Source: Thermoguttaceae bacterium (GTDB lineage: Bacteria; Planctomycetota; Planctomycetia; Pirellulales; Thermoguttaceae). From it: a stretch of DNA of 64,000 nt. Each line of letters begins with the position of its first letter. Position 1 is the first letter of the stretch. The DNA is taken from positions 10,945 through 74,944 of the forward strand of contig JAZMZV010000246.1 in assembly GCA_045586185.1 (NCBI GenBank), written 5' to 3'. Positions 1 to 7,868 of this stretch are shown here, piece by piece. Position numbers and translations under genes: made by a program. The notes below the pieces were generated by a model. The model did no database searches. It was not told the DNA's origin and was given only the letters and a program-made list of their open reading frames with translations.

Positions 1-2
1 GC

Positions 3-50
3 AGGTCTGATTCCAATCGATCCCAAATCGTAATTCCCATTGCTGAGTAA
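3..50 (+). CDS. possible 3' terminal fragment of a CDS starting upstream of the window (product unknown)
   Basis: Frame 3 is open from the window edge to TAA 48-50. It is followed by the 58-99 hairpin that separates it from convergent rng. Only 15 codons are visible. Confidence 0.2.
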   Translation, partial: RSDSNRSQIVIPIAE

Positions 51-57
51 CAAAAAC

Positions 58-99
58 AGGGAGCGGCTTTTTACCCTTTTAGATGAAAAGCCGCTCCCT
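58..99. terminator. bidirectional intrinsic-terminator-like hairpin
   Basis: 14-bp perfect stem AGGGAGCGGCTTTT/AAAAGCCGCTCCCT with a 14-nt loop. T-rich runs flank it on both strands (plus TTATTGTTTGTT, minus GTTTTTGTT). It lies just downstream of the rng stop at 126. Confidence 0.6.
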
Positions 100-125
100 T
101 ATTGTTTGTTAATCCGATTGTCGCT

Positions 126-1676
126 TTAGTTGTTCTTGATAAACACTTCCTGACCGGCGTCGTTGAAGTAACGGATGTCGGCGTATTCCGGCGAGACGCC
201 GAATCGGGAGCGAATCTGAACCTGAATGTCTCCGGTCTTTTCCAGCTCGATAATCTTGTCGCGCATCTTGTTGTTGAGGCAGTCCGCGACGGCGGTTTCC
301 ACTTCAACTTCGACGCTGCGAATGGCGTCCGCTTCGCTTGCCAGAATGAGCGTGCGGAGAACGTCCAGAGCCATGTTGTCTACCGACTTGACAGACCCGG
401 TGCCGTGACAGTACGGACATTCCTGGAACGTGGATCGACCGACGCTGGGGCGAATGCGCTGGCGCGTCATTTCAATCAAGCCGAAGGGGCTGGTGCGAAG
501 AATCTTCGTTTTCGCTCTGTCGCGTTTGACGGCGTCGCGCAAGGCGCGTTCGACGTCCCGGCGGTGCTTGTCTTTTCGCATGTCGATAAAGTCGTTGACA
601 ATGACGCCGCCCAAGTCGCGCAGACGAAGCTGTCGGGCGATTTCCTTCGCCGCCTGCAGGTTCATGCGGTACGCGGTTTCCTCAGCGTTGTCGTCCGCCC
701 GGAAGTTGCCGCTGTTGACGTCGATGGCAACCAACGCTTCCGCCTGATCGATTACAATCGACCCGCCTTGCGGCAGCGGAACGATGCGCTTTTGAATCTT
801 CTCGATCTCTTTATCGAGATTGAACTTGTGGAAAATCGGCTCTTTGCCTTCGTAAAGCTGAATTCGGTCGGCGCATTTCGGCATGACCTGCTGAACGAAA
901 TCGCGCGCCCGTTCGAACGCAGCGGGATCGTCAATAAGAACCGTGTCGAATTCCGTTGAGAAGATGTCGCGAATGGTGCGGATAATCATGTCCGACTCTT
1001 CGTAGATGGCGACGGGGCCGGGAATGCGTTTGACGCGTTTGGCGATGTTCTTCCACAGACGCATTAAATACGTCATGTCGCGCGCCAGCTCTTTTTTCAT
1101 GCGGTCTGCGCCAGCGGTGCGGACGATAAATCCAAGCCCCTTGGGCGGGTTGAGTTCCAGCATGACGTCGCGCAGTTTGCGGCGAACTTCTTCGTCTTCG
1201 ATTTTTCGGGAAACGCCGACGCGTTCCATGGCGGGCATGAGAACCAGGTATCGACCCGGGATGCTGATGTACGTTGACAGCGTCGGGCCTTTGGAGCCGA
1301 GACCTTCTTTGATAACCTGAACGAGAATCTCGTCGCCGCGGTGTAACACGTCCTGAATCGGCGGTTTAACGCGCGGTCTGGCGCCGGGGCGCTGATGTCT
1401 GCCGGGGCGTTCTTCTTCGTACGGCGTCGATCCCTGTTTGAAATACGACGGTTCCAGGTCGCTGATGTGCAAAAAGCCGTTGCGTCCGACGCCGAAGTCG
1501 ATAAATGCCGCCTGAATGCTCGGTTCGAGATTGACGACGACGCCTTTGTAGATGTTTCCGACGTAGTTGTCTGCGCCGGTGTGTTCGATGTAAAGCTCTT
1601 CCAGAGTCCCGTCCTCGACAATCGCGATACGGCTTTCTTCCGGCTGAGAAACGTTGATAAGCATTTCCTGCTTCAT
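126..1676 (-). CDS. rng: ribonuclease E/G family endoribonuclease (RNase G-like, 516 aa)
   Basis: N-terminal S1 domain (INVSQPEESRIAIVEDGTLEELYIE, GNIYKGVVVNLEPSIQAAFIDFG), catalytic core (GGSIVIDQAEALVAIDVNSG) and zinc-link CPYCHGTG. Confidence 0.9.
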   Translation of the reverse strand: MKQEMLINVSQPEESRIAIVEDGTLEELYIEHTGADNYVGNIYKGVVVNLEPSIQAAFIDFGVGRNGFLHISDLEPSYFKQGSTPYEEERPGRHQRPGARPRVKPPIQDVLHRGDEILVQVIKEGLGSKGPTLSTYISIPGRYLVLMPAMERVGVSRKIEDEEVRRKLRDVMLELNPPKGLGFIVRTAGADRMKKELARDMTYLMRLWKNIAKRVKRIPGPVAIYEESDMIIRTIRDIFSTEFDTVLIDDPAAFERARDFVQQVMPKCADRIQLYEGKEPIFHKFNLDKEIEKIQKRIVPLPQGGSIVIDQAEALVAIDVNSGNFRADDNAEETAYRMNLQAAKEIARQLRLRDLGGVIVNDFIDMRKDKHRRDVERALRDAVKRDRAKTKILRTSPFGLIEMTRQRIRPSVGRSTFQECPYCHGTGSVKSVDNMALDVLRTLILASEADAIRSVEVEVETAVADCLNNKMRDKIIELEKTGDIQVQIRSRFGVSPEYADIRYFNDAGQEVFIKNN

Positions 1677-1776
1677 GATAATATAACCCCTTTCATTGGG
1701 AATAGTCGGCGAAAAGATCGACCCGAAAGAAACAATGCTTCAAAAGACCTGACGCCTTACCGTCAGTGAGATGAAC

Positions 1777-1875
1777 GAGGCAGTAGGCAAGAGGCAGTAG
1801 GCAGTAGTTTTCGCTTCGCGACTTCTCGCAACTCGCAACTCGCAACTCGCAACTCGCTACTCGCAACTCTCAACT
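1777..1875. repeat. heptamer-array element (GGCAGTA arm / CTCGCAA arm)
   Basis: GGCAGTA/GGCAAGA x4 (1777-1807), centre TTTTCGCTTCGCGACTT, CTCGCAA x7 (1825-1875). The last 7 codons and the TAG stop of the 1857-2717 CDS lie inside the array. Confidence 0.9.
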
Positions 1876-2717
1876 TCCAACGTAATCTCTTCCCTTGTTC
1901 CGCGAAGCAGAGGAGTCAGACCGGCGGCGGGACCGCTCGTTTCCGGAACTGGCGTCAAACCGGTTAAATTCAGGATGTCTTTGTACGTAACCGCGCCCTG
2001 AGTTTCGTCCGCCTTGAGTGTAAAGCGAAGGAAATCCTCTTTGAGCAGCGGGGCGTCTTCGGAATCGTCGTCTTGCTCTGATTCTGAAACGCTGAACTGC
2101 GTTACAACGCTCATGTCCAAAACTGCGGCCTGAACGTTTTTGTTTTCGCAGGTCAACTGACCCGACAAGGTCGGTTCCTGATTGGACGTGGGTAGCGCCG
2201 AAACTGGCTTTTTCGGAGGCATAACCTTGTCCTCCTGCCCGTGCGGCACGCACCCAGTCTGAATTTGAGTTACTTTTCCCTGAACGTCCGACCGCATGCC
2301 AGCCGGTATAGGGAATCGCCAGGTATAGGAAACGGGGCGGGCTTTTTTCCGTCCTGTTTCGGGAATCGTCTGAGCGGAGTGGAACCGCAACCCACTTGCG
2401 GAACAGGCATTTAAGGCATCCTGCAATTCGACCGGATTGTACTCAATCGCGGTTTCCAATTCCATGATTTCGTTCAGACCTTCCACGCCCAGCGGCAGCG
2501 CGCTGGGAAAACTGACTTTCGGCTTCGGATGAAATCCCTGACTCATGGCGACTTGAACTTTGGCGACTTTAAGCAGACGCAGCATATAGTTCATCAAATC
2601 GCGATGACCCAGAAATCGCAAATCTCCGTCTTTTTGAAATCTCAATCGAATTCGATGACGAGTCTCGGGCGCTGAGGAATCGTTGTTCTGCCAGCTTTTC
2701 TTCTTTTTGTTTCCCAT
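1857..2717 (-). CDS. TIGR03936/DUF2344-family protein (radical-SAM-associated family)
   Basis: N-terminal RIRLRFQKDGDLRFLGHRDLMNYMLRLLKVAKVQVAMSQGFHPKPKVSFPSALPLGVEG matches my recollection of DUF2344. The family is commonly found next to Rne/Rng genes. The C-terminal half is low complexity. Confidence 0.7.
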   Translation of the reverse strand: MGNKKKKSWQNNDSSAPETRHRIRLRFQKDGDLRFLGHRDLMNYMLRLLKVAKVQVAMSQGFHPKPKVSFPSALPLGVEGLNEIMELETAIEYNPVELQDALNACSASGLRFHSAQTIPETGRKKARPVSYTWRFPIPAGMRSDVQGKVTQIQTGCVPHGQEDKVMPPKKPVSALPTSNQEPTLSGQLTCENKNVQAAVLDMSVVTQFSVSESEQDDDSEDAPLLKEDFLRFTLKADETQGAVTYKDILNLTGLTPVPETSGPAAGLTPLLRGTREEITLEVESCE

Positions 2718-3240
2718 AGACTTCGTCCTGACGCCTGCGCCGTGCAGACGTCAGCTTGAAAAATGTGATTTATGTCAAGTTCAAGACGATAAAAGGCTAT
2801 CGGCTTTTCCCCGTCCTGAACGGATACGTCTTTTTATTACAGTATATTATATATAAAGTTGCAATTTTGTAAATAGGGATATTAAAAGAAGTTTATGCGG
2901 GGGGCTCCCAATTTGAGTTGAAAAAAACATACAAGACGGTATTTTAATTATTACCAGAAAAACCGTTATCATTCTTACATTCGGTTTATTTTAATCGCTA
3001 AATTACGCTCTTTTCTCATTCCGAAAAAAATTTTTTGAACGGGCGCTTGTATTTTTTTTGAAATCTATTAAAATTTAGCCAATTAATATTGACAGAAGCA
3101 GAAAATGAAGCAAACAGCAAATCAATTCGTAAATGTTAATTGAGAAAAATAATATTTCCTAATTAATATAATCGATACTTTCCTGTTGTTTGATTTTTCC
3201 CACCTCGAGTTCCCCGCCTTTAATCCTACCTGCCTTTGAG

Positions 3241-3627
3241 ATGAACAGATTCCAACGTAAAACGCCAGCAATGGCTCGATTGATTGTAATCCGCGGATCC
3301 GCTACAACGGACAGCGTTACCATTCCTTTGCCCTGTCTTATCGGTCGCGGTCGAGAAGTGGATTTATGCGTCGACAGCTTAATCGTAAGCCGAAATCATT
3401 GTCGTCTGGATTTACAGGATGGAAAAATCTTTCTTACCGATTTGGGATCTCGAAATGGCACTATTGTCAATGGTCAGTTCATTCCAGAAAACGTTCCTGT
3501 AGAGTTAAGCAATCAGAGCGCGTTTTCTATCGGACCGTTAACGTTTCAGCTTGAATTTCAGCCGACGGAAATCATTCATCGCGACAATCAAAGCGCCGCC
3601 AGCCACGAATTGCACGTTGCCAGTTAG
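3241..3627 (+). CDS. small FHA-domain protein
   Basis: Start moved to ATG 3241. FHA signature CLIGRGREVDLCVDSLIVSRNHCRLDLQDGKIFLTDLGSRNGTIVNG. Confidence 0.8.
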   Translation: MNRFQRKTPAMARLIVIRGSATTDSVTIPLPCLIGRGREVDLCVDSLIVSRNHCRLDLQDGKIFLTDLGSRNGTIVNGQFIPENVPVELSNQSAFSIGPLTFQLEFQPTEIIHRDNQSAASHELHVAS

Positions 3628-3634
3628 AAGGCGC

Positions 3635-3660
3635 TAGGCAGTAGGCAATAGACCGTAGGG
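3635..3660. repeat. short heptamer array (GGCAGTA type)
   Basis: TAGGCAG TAGGCAA TAGACCG TAGGG, 8 nt after the FHA gene stop. Confidence 0.7.
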
Positions 3661-3759
3661 ATGTTTAACTACAGCCTCTTTTCTTTGACGTTTTCTGTAT
3701 TTTTCGAAGTTCTTATAAATTCCTCTAGCATAAAATTGTAAAATTGGATATAATATATA

Positions 3760-3798
3760 GAGTTGCGAGTTGAGAAAAGTTCGGACGGCTCTCAACTC
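3760..3798. repeat. GCGAGTT-type repeat plus hairpin in the glgP leader
   Basis: GAGTTGCGAGTTGAG followed by a 9-bp hairpin GAGTTGAGA/TCTCAACTC (3767-3798, 14-nt loop). The track ORF start at 3770 (TTG) is inside it. Confidence 0.75.
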
Positions 3799-3838
3799 AA
3801 TGGCTATTTATCCACTATTACTTTCATTTTCCATTATC

Positions 3839-6049
3839 ATGAGTCAGACAGACCCTAACATCAGTAAACAGCTTAAAGATAAACTTGATAGCCTTGGTTT
3901 GAATGCAGAAACGCTTTACGACAAGTGCAAAGCCATGGCGAATAACCTTTGGTGGTCGTGGCATCCGGAAATCATCAACGTCTTTCGCGATCTCGACCCG
4001 GATTTGTGGCGCAAACTGGATCACAATCCAATTGCTCTGCTTCGCACTTACGAAAACGATCAGGAAAAGTTTTACGATCGAGTGTTTGAGTTGACAATGG
4101 AAGGGCGAATCAATTACGCGTTCCGCAAGCTCAAGCAGTACATGACCGACCGTCCGATTTGGGCAAAGACAAACATCGGCGTTTTGGGCGCTCGTCCGGT
4201 AGCGTACTTTTCTTTGGAGTTCGGCATTCACGAATCCGTTCCGATTTATTCCGGCGGTTTGGGCGTCCTGGCTGGCGACCACGTCAAGTCCGCCAGCGGC
4301 ATGGGCGTTCCGCTGATTGCTGTCGGTCTGTTCTACGACGAAGGATACTTCAAACAGCATCTGGATTCCAACGGGAATCAGCAGGAAGAGTACATCAACA
4401 CCAAGATTGAAGATCTGCCCATGCAGCAGGTTCTCGACAAGGACGGCAAACCGTTACGCATTCGTATTGAAACGCGAGACGGGGCAATTTTCGCCCGCGT
4501 CTGGAAGATTCAGGTCGGGCGCGTTGAGCTTTATCTGCTCGATACCGACGTCGAAGAAAACGAACAGTGCAATCGCAAGCTGACTTCTCGACTCTACGGC
4601 GGCACAAACGAAGACCGCATTCGCCAGGAGCTAATCGTTGGCGTCGGCGGCGTTCGCGCGCTGCGAGCTGTTGGAATCAATCCCGGCGTATTCCATCTGA
4701 ATGAAGGACACTGCGCTTTTGCGACGCTGGAAGTCATGCGCGACTACATTCACGAAGACGGCATGTCGTTCGACGAAGCCCAGCACACCGTCAATCGTCA
4801 AACCTGCTTTACAACGCATACGCCTGTTCCCGCCGGGCATGACCGATTCAATCAGCAGCTGATGGAAAAGTATCTCGAACCGATGAGCCGTTCGCTGGGA
4901 ATCAGCATTGATCAGCTCATGGCGTTGGGACGCGTTCATCCGGAAGACCACAACGAAACGTTCTGCATGACCGTTTTGGGCATGAAAATGGCGCGATACG
5001 TCAACGGCGTAAGCAACCTTCACGGCGTTGTTTCCCGCCGCATGTGGAAAGACCTCTGGCCGGATCGCGACGAAAACAGCGCGCCGATTGGTCACATTAC
5101 CAACGGCGTCCATCTTCCCAGCTGGCTGGCGGGTCCGCTTTGGAACCTGTACAACAGAACGTTCGTTCCGGACTGGTACGATCAGATGTACCTGTACGAG
5201 GTTTGGAGCGACATCTACAAGATCGAACCGGGCGAACTGTGGGAAACGCACCAGCTTCTCAAAAATCAGCTCATTGAATTCGTTCGCCGACGCGTTACCC
5301 GTCAGTGCGTTCGCAGAAACGAAAGCGAGTTCAGCGTCAAAGCCGCTCAAAACGTGCTCGATCCCAACGCGCTGTTGATTGGTTTTGCCAGACGTTTCGC
5401 TACGTACAAGCGCGCAACGCTGTTCATGGACGACCTCGACTGGATGCGGCGCATTTGCTCCAATCCGGAAAAGCCGGTTCAGTTTGTCTTTGCCGGCAAA
5501 GCGCACCCGGCGGACGAACCCGGTAAAGCTCTGATCAAGAAAATTGCCGAGCTTCGCAAAGACCCGGTTTTGGGAAAGAACATCGTCTTCGTTGAAGATT
5601 ACGACATCAACGTCGCCCGACATCTGGTTCAGGGCGTTGACGTCTGGATGAACAACCCGCGCCGACCTCTGGAAGCGTCGGGCACGTCCGGACAAAAAGC
5701 CGTACTTAACGGCGTTCTCAACTTCTCCGTTTTAGACGGCTGGTGGGCGGAAGCCTACAACGGCGTCAACGGATTCGCTATCGGCAACGGTCGAGCGCAC
5801 CGAACGGACGACAGCATTACAGACGCCCGCGACGCGGCTTCCCTTCGCAAGACGCTGGAAGAGGAGATTATTCCTCTGTTCTACGACCGCGACGAAGACG
5901 GCGTTCCGCTGGCGTGGGTGGAACGCATGAAGAACTCCATCGCCTCGTTGGCATGGCGATTCAGCGCTCACCGCATGGTTGTCGACTACGTTACAAAATG
6001 CTATCTTCCCGCCGCCGGAAACGTTACCTGCGACATGAACAGAAGATAA
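3839..6049 (+). CDS. glgP: alpha-glucan (glycogen/maltodextrin) phosphorylase, GT35
   Basis: Start moved to ATG 3839 (MSQTDPN). Motifs GGLGVLAGDHVKSASGMGVP, HLNEGHCAF, FVFAGKAHPADEPGK and EASGTSGQKAVLNG (PLP lysine region). Confidence 0.9.
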   Translation: MSQTDPNISKQLKDKLDSLGLNAETLYDKCKAMANNLWWSWHPEIINVFRDLDPDLWRKLDHNPIALLRTYENDQEKFYDRVFELTMEGRINYAFRKLKQYMTDRPIWAKTNIGVLGARPVAYFSLEFGIHESVPIYSGGLGVLAGDHVKSASGMGVPLIAVGLFYDEGYFKQHLDSNGNQQEEYINTKIEDLPMQQVLDKDGKPLRIRIETRDGAIFARVWKIQVGRVELYLLDTDVEENEQCNRKLTSRLYGGTNEDRIRQELIVGVGGVRALRAVGINPGVFHLNEGHCAFATLEVMRDYIHEDGMSFDEAQHTVNRQTCFTTHTPVPAGHDRFNQQLMEKYLEPMSRSLGISIDQLMALGRVHPEDHNETFCMTVLGMKMARYVNGVSNLHGVVSRRMWKDLWPDRDENSAPIGHITNGVHLPSWLAGPLWNLYNRTFVPDWYDQMYLYEVWSDIYKIEPGELWETHQLLKNQLIEFVRRRVTRQCVRRNESEFSVKAAQNVLDPNALLIGFARRFATYKRATLFMDDLDWMRRICSNPEKPVQFVFAGKAHPADEPGKALIKKIAELRKDPVLGKNIVFVEDYDINVARHLVQGVDVWMNNPRRPLEASGTSGQKAVLNGVLNFSVLDGWWAEAYNGVNGFAIGNGRAHRTDDSITDARDAASLRKTLEEEIIPLFYDRDEDGVPLAWVERMKNSIASLAWRFSAHRMVVDYVTKCYLPAAGNVTCDMNRR

Positions 6050-6075
6050 AACAAGACAACTCTGAGAACAGAAAA

Positions 6076-6115
6076 AAGGCGCGAAGCATTGATTTGCTTT
6101 GCGCCTTTTGTGTTT
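6076..6115. terminator. bidirectional intrinsic terminator between glgP and the convergent FAD oxidoreductase gene
   Basis: 12-bp stem AAGGCGCGAAGC/GCTTTGCGCCTT (one G-U) with an 8-nt loop. TTTTGTGTTT follows on plus and TTTTTTCTGTT on minus. Confidence 0.6.
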
Positions 6116-6149
6116 CAATTGCTAATTGACAATTGCTAATTGCAAATTA
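6116..6149. repeat. GCTAATT-type heptamer array
   Basis: CAATTGCTAATTGACAATTGCTAATTGCAAATTA. It overlaps the TAA stop (6147-6149, minus) of the FAD oxidoreductase gene. Confidence 0.8.
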
Positions 6150-7517
6150 TCCCAAGTACGCCTTTTGCGTTCGGAGCAGATCGCGGACGGCGGGGATGTC
6201 AACGTTGCGAATGTAGTCGACGTTGGTTTTGACCGCAACGGCGGCGGCGCATCCGGCGGCGTGTCCGCTGACCCAGCAGGTCGGAATGACGCGGATGTCG
6301 TCTGACATGCGGTGTTCGCCGGAAAGGCTTCGTCCAGCAGTGATAATATTCTCGACGTTCTGCGGCAGCATCGCGCCAAAGGGAATCTGCCATCGCTGAT
6401 GGTTGGCGTTCCAGGAACCGGAATAGGCGAGGAAGTCGTCAAAATGTTGATTTGTTTCCATGCCGTGGTAAGTTACGGTTTCGACGCCGTCGATAACGCG
6501 AGTGATTCTCACGCCCATCTGAGGAGCGGTTTGAGCCAAAAAGACGTTGTCCGTTCCCGGCTGTTTTTTGAGGTTGAGGTAATTCTGCCAGATGTGCTTT
6601 CGGTGCGCCAGTTCCAGACGAGTCAGCTCTTTGACGTCAACGCCGTTGGACTGCGGTCCGGACATGTTGACCCAGTTCAGACCGGGAACGGGCGTAACGC
6701 TGCCTAAGCCTCGCAGGGGCGGCTGACCCTGCCGTTTGCTGTTGTCAATTTGATTCAAACCGCCCAGAGTATGAACCAGTCCGGCGGCGAATTTTCTAAC
6801 CTGATGTTTCGCTCCGGCGGCTGCGAAAATGTCGCCGTCTCCGGTCGTGTCGATAACCTGTTTAGCAAGAATCGCCTGCGGTCCGGACTTGCATTCAAAG
6901 ATCGCGCCTTTGCAGACGTTGCCGGACATAATCGCGTCCGTCGCCCAGGAATGAAGCAGAATCTCGACGTTCGCTTCTGTCAGCATTTCCTGTAACAGAT
7001 ACTTGTACGCTTCCGCGTCGATGGTGGGATTGACGCCGTGCCTGCGGTTGACGATTCCCAACGGCATCGCTTCCAGACGCTGCATGTATTCCTCGCCAAT
7101 TCCCTGACAGCAGGAGAACGGCTGCTCTCCTTTGCTTTGCCGCGCCCAATGTCCCAAAATAACCAGAACCAGCCCGCCTGTCGCCAAACCGCCGAAATGG
7201 TTGTAACGTTCTACAAGCGTTACTTTGACGCCCGCTCTTGCCGCGGCAATTGCAGCTGTACAGCCCGCCGGGCCGGCGCCGACGACCAGAACGTCGGTTT
7301 CGCTGATAGTTGGAATCGTTCTCGCCGGTCGGACGACAGCGCCGTTTTCAACGCGGCACGGATTGACCTCGTCTGCGACCTCGACGAAATTCAGTTTCCC
7401 TCCCAAAGAGGACTCGTCCGCCTTGGCGCTTTGAGGGGATAAAAACATGCCAGCTGCCGCGCCTGCGGCTGTCGTCAGCGTGGACTTAAGCAAATCTCTG
7501 CGGGAAATGGAAGTCAT
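6147..7517 (-). CDS. Tat-exported FAD-dependent oxidoreductase
   Basis: Twin-arginine signal MTSISRRDLLKSTLTTAAGAAAG...AKA. Dinucleotide-binding motif DVLVVGAGPAGCTAAIAAARAGVKVTLVER. Confidence 0.8.
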   Translation of the reverse strand: MTSISRRDLLKSTLTTAAGAAAGMFLSPQSAKADESSLGGKLNFVEVADEVNPCRVENGAVVRPARTIPTISETDVLVVGAGPAGCTAAIAAARAGVKVTLVERYNHFGGLATGGLVLVILGHWARQSKGEQPFSCCQGIGEEYMQRLEAMPLGIVNRRHGVNPTIDAEAYKYLLQEMLTEANVEILLHSWATDAIMSGNVCKGAIFECKSGPQAILAKQVIDTTGDGDIFAAAGAKHQVRKFAAGLVHTLGGLNQIDNSKRQGQPPLRGLGSVTPVPGLNWVNMSGPQSNGVDVKELTRLELAHRKHIWQNYLNLKKQPGTDNVFLAQTAPQMGVRITRVIDGVETVTYHGMETNQHFDDFLAYSGSWNANHQRWQIPFGAMLPQNVENIITAGRSLSGEHRMSDDIRVIPTCWVSGHAAGCAAAVAVKTNVDYIRNVDIPAVRDLLRTQKAYLG

Positions 7518-7582
7518 GATAACGGAATATGAGTAAAGGGTTATGAAATAACTAAACCTGCGAATTTCGCAAACGTACTATA

Positions 7583-7611
7583 AATATAATTTCTCTTTGA
7601 GGCGATGTCAA
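7583..7611 (-). promoter_or_regulatory. sigma70-like promoter for the FAD oxidoreductase gene
   Basis: On the minus strand: TTGACA (7606-7611), 17-nt spacer, TATATT (7583-7588). About 60 nt upstream of ATG 7517. Confidence 0.5.
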
Positions 7612-7657
7612 GCGGTTGAGGGGATTATTTGAAAAATTTTCGTAAAAGAGGGAATAT

Positions 7658-7680
7658 GGAGTGCGACGGCTTGACGTCGC
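7658..7680. repeat. GGAGTGCGRCGG hairpin motif, copy 1
   Basis: GGAGTGCGACGGCTTGACGTCGC with stem GCGACG/CGTCGC. Near-identical copies at 16652 and 16783 (inverted). Confidence 0.75.
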
Positions 7681-7794
7681 TTTCGTATAATGCGGACTTC
7701 GTCCGCCTTGAAAAAACTTTCGGTCGCCAGCAAGCTGGCTCCCTTTTAGGGAAGTTTTTTCAAGGATGGGAAAAGAGGGTATTCGAAATAATAT

Positions 7795-7833
7795 GAGGGG
7801 AAAACCTTTTTTGAAAAAAAGGTTCTTCCCCTC
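7795..7833 (-). terminator. hairpin downstream of the 7869-11891 CDS (terminator candidate)
   Basis: GAGGGGAAAACC...GGTTCTTCCCCTC, 12 bp plus one bulge. The inner T6/A7 run also pairs. Only a weak U-run follows on the minus strand. Confidence 0.35.
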
Positions 7834-7868
7834 AAACTCCCCTTTCCAAAAAACTTTAGTAAGGGGCG

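Noticed and set aside
102-959. Long ORFs antisense to real genes (102-959, 4631-5695, 16879-17763, 25962-27050, 32328-32972, 33247-34038, 37449-38321, 47135-47845, 48876-50270, 54130-55113, 57108-58346, 60310-61122)
   Set aside because: Each lies entirely within an opposite-strand CDS that has clear family motifs. Their translations are R/V/F/N-rich with no recognisable motifs, which is typical of shadow ORFs.
1777-1875. Heptamer arrays as CRISPR arrays
   Set aside because: The period is 7 nt with no unique spacers between repeats, the arrays are under 60 nt, and no cas genes are in the window. They are microsatellite-like tandem repeats, not CRISPR.
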